In this document: positions 39,636-47,817 of the stretch, in pieces
Layout of the letters: each line of letters begins with the position of its first letter
Numbering within the stretch: the stretch's first letter is position 1
NCBI GenBank assembly: GCA_977017645.1
Contig: OZ360230.1
Coordinates: 74,710,001 to 74,774,000, forward strand
Direction of reading: 5' to 3'
From: Torpedo marmorata
Lineage: Eukaryota
DNA length: 64,000 bases
The notes under the pieces: model-generated
The model's input: only the letters and a program-made list of their open reading frames with translations
The model's database searches: none
Told to the model about the DNA's origin: nothing
Program-made: the position numbers and the translations under genes

Positions 39636-41506
39636 AAAAGTAAACACGAAAATCTGTAGACACCGTAATAATGTAGTAAAAAACACAAATGCTGGAGAAC
39701 TCAGCAGGTCAAACAGTGTCTTTTATGTAGCAAAGGTAGAAATACATAACTGACGTTTCAGGCTTGAGCCCTTCTTCAAAGTATGAGAAAATGCCGGCAG
39801 ACGTCCGAACAAAGGAGTGAGGGGGGAAGGGTGGGTGGGAAGGGCAGAAGATAATAGGTGGAGACAGGAGGGAGGGGACAGTAGCAAAGAGGGGGAGGAG
39901 GGATGGCTGGGTAGCTGGAGAAACACAGGAAGGACAGGTGAGGGGGGAGGGGAAGGGAACAACAAGCAGGTTTAGTGGAAAGCAGAAAAGTCAATGTTAA
40001 TTCCATCTGGCTGGAGAGTGCCGAGACGGAATATGAGATGTTGTTCCTCCAGTTTGCGGGTAGTCTTGGTGGGATAGTACATGAGGCCATGGACAGACAT
40101 GTGAGTGTGGGAGTGTGACCCAGAATTGAAATGGTTGGCCACTGGGAGGTCGCTGTTGATGCGAACCGAGCGGAGGTGCTGAGCGAAGCGATCTCCCAAT
40201 CTACGACCGGTCTCTCCAATGTATAGAAAGCCACAAAGGGAGCACCGGATGCAGTAAATAAGTCCTCTGGATGTACAAGTGAAGTGTTGCTTCACTTGGA
40301 AGGCCTGTTTGGGGCCCTGGACCGTGGTGAGGGGGGACGTGTGGGCGCAGGTGTTGCACCTCCTGCGGGCACAGGGGAAGGTTCCGGGGGTGCGATGGGT
40401 GGGGAGGGACGAGTGCACGAGTGAATCACGGAGGGAGCGGTCCCTACGGAAGGCCGAGAGGGGAGGAGAAGGAAAAATGTGTCTGGTGGTGGGATCCTGC
40501 AGCAAGTGCCGGAAATTCCGACGGATAATGTGTTGGATGCGGAGGCTGGTGGGGTGGTAGGTGAGGATGAGGGGTATTCTATGTTTGTTGTGTCTGGGGG
40601 CAGAGGGGGCCAGGGCAGATGAGCGGGAAATGGAGGAGATGCGGGTGAGGGCTGAGTTGATGGTGGTGGAGGGGAAGCCACGTTTGTGGAAAAAGGCAGA
40701 CATTTCAGAAGATCTGGAGTGGAACACCTCATCTTGGGAACAGATGCGGCGGAGGCGGAGAAATTGAGAGAAGGGGATGGAGTCCTTGCAGGGGACAGGG
40801 TGTGAGGATGTGTAGTCCAGATAGTTGTGGGAGTTGGAGGGTTTGTAGTAAATGTCGGTGGAAAGCTTGTCTCCCGAGATGGAGACAGAGAGATCCAGGA
40901 AGGGGAGAGTGTTATCGGAGATGGACCAGGTGAGTTTGAGATCATGGTGAAAGTTGGATGCGAAGTGGATGAAGTTGACAAGCTCATCGTGGGTGCATGA
41001 GGCAGCCCCGATGTAGTCGTCGATATACCGGAGGAAGAGATGAGGGGTCTTGCCTGTGTAGGCTTGCAGCATGGATTGCTCCACAAAGCCCACAAACAGG
41101 CAGGCGTAGCTGGGACCCATGCGGGTACCCATGGCTACTCCTTTGATTTGGAGGAAGTGGGATGAGTTGAAGGAGAAGTTATTGAGAGTAAGGACAAGTT
41201 CTGCCAGGCGGAGGAGGGTGGTGGTAGAGGGTGACTGGTCGGGTCTTTGGTCCAGGAAGAAGCGAAGTGCTTTCAGACCTTCTGTGTGGGGGATGGAGGT
41301 ATAAAGGGATTGGACATCCATGGTGAAGATGATGCGGTCCGGTTCAGGGAATCTGAAGTCATTGAGGAGATGGAGGGCATGTGAGGTGTCGCGGATGTAG
41401 GTGGGGAGGGATTGGACCAGGGGAGAAAAGATGGAGTCAAGGTAAGATGAAACTAGTTCGGTGGGGCAGGAGCAGGCAGAAACAATGGGTCTGCCCGGAT
41501 GGTCAG
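39636..41506 (-). mobile_element. 5'-truncated Penelope-like element (Neptune-type) nested in CR1 ORF1
   Basis: Uninterrupted ORF: GRPIVS, MDVQSLYTSIP, GVAMGTRMGPSYA, YIDD, linker C-x4-C-x2-C, GIY-YIG (LIYCIRC...YIGETGR...R..QH...NHF...EE...L...G.N). Confidence 0.95.
39745..39785 (-). ncRNA. Minimal type I hammerhead-like ribozyme motif in the Penelope 3' region
   Basis: Minus strand: cauac-UUUGAAGA-A-GGGC-ucaa-GCCU-GAAA-CG-UC-aguuaug. Penelope elements are known to carry such minimal hammerheads. Confidence 0.65.
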
Positions 41507-41567
41507 TCGTCCTGAGTTCCCACATGGCACAGGAGGAACATGACACGGGTTGGACCTCACCTACCAT
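39972..41567 (-). CDS. Chimeric open frame: ~20 aa of CR1 ORF1 fused to Penelope RT/GIY-YIG (531 aa from the ATG); expression unknown
   Basis: MVGEVQPVSCSSCAMWELRT joins TDHPGRPIVS with no stop or frameshift until 39972. Confidence 0.5.
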   Translation of the reverse strand: MVGEVQPVSCSSCAMWELRTTDHPGRPIVSACSCPTELVSSYLDSIFSPLVQSLPTYIRDTSHALHLLNDFRFPEPDRIIFTMDVQSLYTSIPHTEGLKALRFFLDQRPDQSPSTTTLLRLAELVLTLNNFSFNSSHFLQIKGVAMGTRMGPSYACLFVGFVEQSMLQAYTGKTPHLFLRYIDDYIGAASCTHDELVNFIHFASNFHHDLKLTWSISDNTLPFLDLSVSISGDKLSTDIYYKPSNSHNYLDYTSSHPVPCKDSIPFSQFLRLRRICSQDEVFHSRSSEMSAFFHKRGFPSTTINSALTRISSISRSSALAPSAPRHNKHRIPLILTYHPTSLRIQHIIRRNFRHLLQDPTTRHIFPSPPLSAFRRDRSLRDSLVHSSLPTHRTPGTFPCARRRCNTCAHTSPLTTVQGPKQAFQVKQHFTCTSRGLIYCIRCSLCGFLYIGETGRRLGDRFAQHLRSVRINSDLPVANHFNSGSHSHTHMSVHGLMYYPTKTTRKLEEQHLIFRLGTLQPDGINIDFSAFH

Positions 41568-41887
41568 GTCTGAAACGTGCACAGTTGTCTTGTTACTAAT
41601 CAAAGTGACAAATTAGAAAGAAGAAACTTACCCCTTGTAAAGTGCCTCAACCTCTCCGCGCCGAAGCCTCTTGAGCCAAAGCCTGGAAGTCCCATTCCTT
41701 CGCTGTGCCACTCACTCACTGGGCCGCTCCCTGTCTCTCTTATTTATTAGCCTTTTACTAATTAACCCTGACACCCTCTCCTCTACGCCCGACCAATGAC
41801 CGCCTCCGACTCCTCCTTGGACCTTTGCCGCAGGCCCCGGTAAGTAACTTTTAAAAAACCCTCTGTCTTCTCCTCTCTCCTCTCCCA

Positions 41888-42648
41888 ACCAAGCAGTGAT
41901 TCGTGTCCATCTGGGACTACTGTGAACCTGAGGTGGTGCTGTTTATCTTTAACTTTCACCTTGAGTTTACATGTACTTTTCATGTTGATGCGCTGTCCAT
42001 TGTAGGCTTTGAGCTGTACAGGATTTGCTTGGATGTATGGCTTTATCTTCATTGTCCTGATGTGTTTGTGTGTGTACACACACTGTGGCTATGGCTATGC
42101 CTTCATTTTCACTGGCTTTTTCACTCTCACCGAACTTTCTCGTGTGCTGCAGAACTAATTCACTGGCGTGGCATATCTTCACAGCTCCAGCTAAGGTAAG
42201 CTCTGTCTCTCGCAGCAACCTCTCTCTCACTTTTTTATCAATAATCCCGAACACAATTTGATCACGGATCATTAAATCTTGCAGCGATCCAAAATTGCAT
42301 GTTCTTACTTTTAATTTCAACTCCGTTAAAAAAAGTATCAAAGCTCTCTCCCTGTAGCTGCGTACATGAGCGAAACACGTACCTCTCCAACATTTCATTT
42401 GGTGTTCATCAAACATCTTGATAACCTTGTCGAACTTGCCCTGGTCTTCTGCCTTGGCAAAAATAAATGTGTTGAAAACCTCTAGTGCTTGAGGTCCCGC
42501 CACGGTAAGTAGCAGTGCAATCTTCCGTGCATCCGGTTTGCTATCGAGTCCAATGGCTTGCAGGTACAGCATGAATCTTTGAACAACCTCCACTCGTGGT
42601 CGACATTTCCAGTCCAATTTACAGTGTCAGGAGCCTTTACACTCTCCA
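41888..42648 (-). pseudogene. Gypsy gag and protease C-terminal stub
   Basis: KIALLLTVAGPQALEVFNTF, CNFGSLQDLMIRDQIVFGI; then LKAYNG...FTVVPDGHESLLG in another frame. Confidence 0.85.
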
Positions 42649-42700
42649 TTTCTCTGCTGATAACGACTGATACACATTCTGCACACCCCTGGTGTTTCTT

Positions 42701-42715
42701 CCACTCCTGGTACCA
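42701..42715 (-). promoter_or_regulatory. Primer binding site complementary to the 3' end of tRNA-Leu(UAA)
   Basis: Minus strand TGGTACCAGGAGTGG immediately after the 5' LTR; vertebrate tRNA-Leu(UAA) ends ...CCACUCCUGGUACCA (recalled). Confidence 0.8.
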
Positions 42716-42875
42716 TGTGATGTTTCTTTTATTGTAATAAAGAAACTTGGGTTCTTTTAAAACAACTATACTTTATTAGCTATAGGCTCAAGACTGTGTG
42801 GAGGCATCCATCTTGAATCAAACCGAAGCTGCAACAAACTAGTCTCAGGAGTGTCACTAGCACTCTATCACTACA
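42716..42875 (-). repeat. Gypsy 5' LTR (160 bp, lacks an 18-bp segment present in the 3' LTR)
   Basis: Direct repeat of 32322-32500. Confidence 0.95.
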
Positions 42876-43269
42876 GGTACTATCCCAGTTAATGAAAGGC
42901 CCTTTCTGCTGAAAATCTGTGCTGGTGATTCATATTAGAAATGAAAAGCAATACAAATTGGTATAATTAAATTTTGTGTGTCCCAACTTATCAATAATTA
43001 TTTTTAAACTCTGGATTTTACTTTTTGAAGTTATTAATTGCACCTTTATTTTTTTTACAAGGCAGCACAACAAGTACAATGCATCCCAATGTAGAACTTG
43101 ATAAAAAAAAGTAGAAGAGGAAAATGAGCAGCTCTGCCAATGGAGAAGCAGAGATGCTTCCAGCCCTCTTCCACTGTCTCCTACTGCCTGGTCATCACAT
43201 CTGACAGCTCCATACAGATTCAACCCTCCTGCAGCATGGGAGCAGCAACATTTTTTTTACATTGGTGTA

Positions 43270-44065
43270 TCCACGGAGGTCCATGCCCAAGATGGCAGCA
43301 CCAATTGCCTGAATACGACTGGGATTGTCTGATCTCGGAAGCTAAGCAGGCACAGTACTGGTCAGTATTTGGAGGGGAGACCGCATAGGAACACCAGGTG
43401 CTGTAGGTTTCTGTGAGGGGCGCTGGACAAAATAGCGACCCTCTGTCTGCCGGTAGACAAAAATTAAAGAATTTCATGTATTCTAAATGTAGTATTACGT
43501 GACAACAATGGAACCTTTACCATGCTTGGCAACACAGACCATGAGGGTTGCAGGTTCCTTGGGACCAGCAGACAGGTGCAGAGCACCAGGCTGAGAGAAC
43601 ACCCCTCTCCTGTCTAATGAGAGGACCCACCAGAGTCGGAGACCACAGCAGCGGACCAAAATGGGGCTCGGTGGCCGAAGGACTCACTGGAGTCTGGCTT
43701 GTGGGAACCAGATTTTGGGACCAGGATTTGTGAGGGTGCCAATGGAAAGCAAGGGTCCTGAAGGGTCTTGAGCACTGCTTCCTCATTGTATCAGGGGTTT
43801 AGAACTAGAATTTGAGAAGGGTGACTGGATGCCTGTAGCTCCTGTTCACGGTTGGAGCATACTAGAGGCCATGTGGGCTACTGAGGTTACAGGAGAGCAG
43901 GAGACAGTGCTTTGGAAGATGTGGTGGGATACACAGACACTTAATGTCTCTGAAGGGTCTGTGTTTTGCTTCTCTTTCTCTTCTTGATTAGAGCCCCTCT
44001 TTGTGTGCCTTTACAAAAGTAAACAATGTTTTTTCTCATTTGTGCACATGAGAACAAAGAACCCA
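43270..44065 (+). mobile_element. Unclassified non-autonomous retroposon that hosts the 5S SINE
   Basis: Begins near ccaagatggcagc, has a GC-richer body, and ends in a tail-like gtgcacatgagaacaaagaacc; boundaries uncertain. Confidence 0.35.
43307..43521 (+). mobile_element. 5S rRNA-derived SINE (SINE3-like), slightly 5'-truncated
   Basis: 43307-43410 is a diverged 5S (gtctgatctcggaagctaagcagg...ggagaccgc..ggaa.acc.ggtgctgtagg.tt), followed by a ~110-bp non-5S tail ending gtgacaacaatggaacctttacc. Confidence 0.8.
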
Positions 44066-45199
44066 GAAAATTATTAGTTTGAAATTAAATCAAGACCTTC
44101 TGAATATAAGCCATGGAAGAATACATTATTTTACACACGAGGTGACAACATTCTGTATCAGTTACAGTAACATTTTTATCATCACATCACCTCATTTACC
44201 TTGCTCTAACTAGCGTTTTCCTGTTTTTTTAGAAGAACTCTTATTTTAAGTTGTCTTAATAGCAAAGGTAACGATCATTTTGTCTGCTAATTAGTAAATA
44301 TAAATCATCTCATAAATATTTAAATGATTAACAATGTGACGCAGATTTAATATTTGCATTGTTAGGACACCTTGTTCGTTATCAGTTCTTCAATTAAATG
44401 CATGCTTTATCGACGTGGCTTCCCTCAGCTCTGCAAGTGAAACACATGCCGAGTCCATCTGTTATCCACAGACTCGCGGAGAGATGTCGGAAGTCTCAAT
44501 CTCATCGAAGGTTGTTAACTGTTTGGCTTTCCATCGCACCAAAGAAAGGTGAAACCAATTGAACATGAATCACCCTGATGATTCCACTTGGTGGTGCTGG
44601 TGGGTCAGTTGTTAGGCAATAAAAACCTGCTCGACGTCTGATTAACTAAAGCTGGGTCTCAGAGGCCTGAAATCAGTCGTCAAATGGACGGGAAAGGGTA
44701 TACTGTATATGAAAAAAAAAACAACAACTTGAGAAGACAGGGCTGAATGAAATAAGTGAGAGGAGAAATGGGGATTAGGATACCCATCTGACTTGGGTTA
44801 GTATCAGTTGAGTTCCGCCTTGTTTCTCTCAGTTCTTGACTCCGTATGAAATGAACCAACAAGGTATTCCTAATCATGACCACGTTAGAAGTATGTACCG
44901 GGCCATATCAGAATGCTCCTCGCCAGCAAGACGCTTATTGCATCACGGGAGAAGAGTCTATAGTTGACATTCAGATGGTACAATGACTTTACTGAAATAC
45001 TTATTAGGCGCAAGTGCCTTACGGGTCTCCGTTAATGCAGTAACCGGGTAAGCGAATGAAAGTTTGCAAGAGGTAGGTCGTTAAAAAATTTTTTGCAAAA
45101 GGTAGGACAATTGAAGTTGATTGCAACGTATTATGTGCCTTGTGGCCAATGATTCCTTAGAATATTGCTCTTTGATTTTTCGTCCTATAGCTTATTTCA

Positions 45200-46600
45200 G
45201 ATAAGCTATTTACATTGTTTTGTAAATAAAAGTACCAGCCCAACAAGAACGCTGAAAGGCGACTGAGAAAACGGGAAGACATTGAATGTGGGACCTAGGC
45301 AGCGGCTACTCCCCACTCCTGCAGCCCCAGTCTTGGTGCTGTATCCCTAGACTAGGTGCTGCACCCCCAGACCATGTGCGACACAAAGTCCGAGGCCTCG
45401 TTTTGTCCATGTACGATCTTGGATGGTTTTCACAAGCCACATCAAAGGCCAGAACATGGCCAAAAGTTGTGAAACTATACTGCGAGTTTACTGCAGCCAA
45501 TTCCCCGGCTCTGGGAATGCCAGAAAGATGTCACAATCGACCCTGAAATCATTTGGCAAAATGAAAGTAGACTTCTTGCAGGCTGTTCTGTACGTTTCAG
45601 TTTAACTGCTTACTGATTGAGCGAGGAGGGCCTGTTGCAATAGATGCCCCCTTTCAGTCTGAGAAAACGGCATCAAATTAACTGTGGTGGTCGGGAATAC
45701 TGGGGAGGGGGGGTCCAGAGAGTGTTTCCCACTATTTTGACTGGATTTTTTGATTGACGTCTGACGTCAGGAGCTGGCACCGCCCCTTCTACAATGTCTT
45801 CGAGCTGCAGCTCCCGAAGTCCAGTCACTATTCCACCGGGAAAGAGCCATCTAAAGTGAAGCTCCATTGACAGGGTTATAACAAGGAACAAAAAAAAAAA
45901 ATGGGTGGGGGGGAAATGGCCGGGACTGTGCAGTTAAGCATCTGTGCTCTGCTCCTCGGGATTGCGACAGCATTTTATAATTCAAAGAGCCACCCGCCCA
46001 ACCAAGGTAAGTTAGCGATCACATCGGGTTGCGGGGCTTCTCCTTGTGAACGAACAGAAATTGGGATCTGCTCCCTGCTATCAGAGGACGCGGGGCTTCC
46101 ATCATAACCACAGTGTGCATCCAACCGCCGGATCAACTGGCGATAGGTTGACCGGGGATGGGCAGGTGTGGGAAAGTGTGCATTTTAGTGTGTCCGGCCG
46201 GGGCTGTTTTGTTCGCCGCCCAGATCTGATCGCCGAAGTTTAGAAATGGACTTCCCTGTGTGTCCGATCAGTTCTTTCAAGCGTCCAAACCGAACAAGTC
46301 GTCCCGTCCACTTTTGTTCTGGAGGGAGACGGTCGCTTCTCCCGTCTCCATCTGTGGGCTGGAAAATCCACTGCGCTCGCAGTGTGACAAGCACAAGTTG
46401 AGCGCAGTTTTGTGCCGGCGGAGATCGCAGAGAGAGAGAGGTCTTCAGCCACCGCAGTCCACGCATCGAAGCCTCCTCGGTACACTGTGAAAGCAGTGAC
46501 TGAAGACTTGTACCCGATCCAAAATAAAGCCTCACATTCGAAGTGAAATGCGAGGGAACATTGATGTGGCATTTTTAACTGGGTCATTCAGAGACCGTAA
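45200..46600 (+). promoter_or_regulatory. CpG-island-like EphA4 promoter/exon 1 region with tandem CRE motifs
   Basis: CpG density is visibly higher than in the flanks and stays raised to about 49700. TGACGTC at 45755-45761 abuts the palindrome TGACGTCA at 45762-45769; a GC box (ccgcccc) lies near 45780. Confidence 0.7.
45916..46006 (+). CDS. EPHA4: Ephrin type-A receptor 4, coding exon 1 (signal peptide)
   Basis: MAGTVQLSICALLLGIATAFYNSKSHPPNQ followed by G|gtaagt; 91 bp, phase 1. An in-frame upstream ATG sits at 45901. Confidence 0.9.
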
Positions 46601-47749
46601 TCTGAATGGGAAGGGATTGGAGATTTTAATGCACTTTTTTTTTTTGTTTTAAAAAAAAGGTGCAAAGTGAGCTAACTTTATGATAGTGTTTTAATGGTGA
46701 GAGTGGATTGTACGGTCGAAGCTGTCCAGGCTTATGTCGACGAGTCTTAACATTCAAGCCACGTATTTTCTCCTTTCTGAGCCTGCGATTGAGTCATTGT
46801 CCTGCCGCAGTGTAATCCACGGTAGATTCAACCAAATGCTTCTGGAGTGCAATTTGCAACACGCCTTTGCTGCAGAGTGTGGGGGCGGGGGAGCACTGCC
46901 GTCCACCTTATCTCTCCTTGAAATCTTAAGGTGATGATACCCATCTGCAGTTGGTGGCACTTCTTAAACAAATCCTAAAATGAGATTGATACGCCTCGCT
47001 CTCACACGAAATGATAACCATCGCGGAGAACACTTACACTTTAGAAAACGGACTGATTTTGAATACATTTCTGCGGTTCTCCCTTTCTTCCAGAAAAGCC
47101 TACCTGCACCATTGAGGTTTTTTTTTTGCGAGTGTATTGGGCAATAAGAGGTGAGCTTTGACAGCGGACGCCTGCCAGGGGAAAGTACTCCTCTTTAAAT
47201 GCCCTTCCCCCTTCCAGTTTCCAACAGCCAGAGAAGGCGGCGAGAGCAGCTTCGCTCGTCGTTACCTGAGTGAGCATTCGAGCATTAGTGCAGACAGCAC
47301 TAAAACCGCTCCATCTCCTGTCGGTAATAACCCTCGTATTGCCATTAGAATAAACCAATAAAGTTGGGGTTGACGACTTATTGTTTTGTATACCTTCACA
47401 TGAAAACATTTTAATTACTACAAACTAATCATTATCCCCGAAGTGTTGCTATTCTTTAACTTCGAGTAACTGCTCTATCAAGCGAAGTAATTATTCTAAA
47501 TTCCAATAAAGTGAAAATTTCAAAGTAATATATCTTTGCAAACATGTCAGCTGATGCACGTTCCTGTTTCAATCCCAGGTGTGATATTAACAAACGATAA
47601 AACTGAATTTCGTATGCCATAGCGCAATACTTTGGTTGTTTGGTTTCTGCAGAAGTTTTGCAAAGTTTATTAGCAAACAAAGTTTCAAAACTAGAGTAAG
47701 GGGCGATATACGCCGCTACTCCCTAATGGGCTGTTTTAATTCTTCACAG

Positions 47750-47817
47750 TTGTTCTGCTGGATTCCCGTTCTGTCCAAGGCGAACTGGGCTGGGAAGCTT
47801 TTCCTTCTGAAGCCGGA
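47750..47817 (+). CDS. EPHA4: EphA4 coding exon 2
   Basis: tcttcacag|...|gtgagt; 68 bp; (V)VLLDSRSVQGELGWEAFPSEAG; phases join exons 1 and 3. Confidence 0.95.

Larger units (their letters stand above)
34047..41887 (-). mobile_element. Full-length CR1 LINE nested in the Gypsy (5' UTR, ORF1 zinc finger/esterase, ORF2 APE-RT), interrupted by Penelope and L1
   Basis: (TTCTTATG)n tail at 34047-34068; RT ORF 34502-35419 (FADDTK); APE motifs AITETWL, GGGVAL, VGDFN, SDH (37737-38615); ORF1 CSSC..(Penelope)..CIKC and VIGDSMVRG. Confidence 0.95.
32322..42875 (-). mobile_element. Gypsy/Ty3 LTR retrotransposon, internally deleted, hosting nested insertions
   Basis: TG..CA LTRs at 32322-32500 and 42716-42875; 5-bp TSD GGTAC (32317-32321, 42876-42880); PBS and PPT present; gag 41967-42648; integrase 32816-34040 (H..H.G..KC...AR, DLF, SDNGP, PQSNGKAEK). 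Confidence 0.95.

Noticed and set aside
40292-41095. 267-aa Pro/Ser/Thr-rich ORF
   Set aside because: Alternative-frame shadow of the C-rich Penelope ORF, with no independent motif.
43307-43410. Functional 5S rRNA gene
   Set aside because: Missing about 15 nt at the 5' end, many substitutions, not in an array, and followed by a retroposon tail.
46007-46107. C-terminal half of ORF 45901-46107
   Set aside because: Lies past the GTAAGT donor; it is intron 1.
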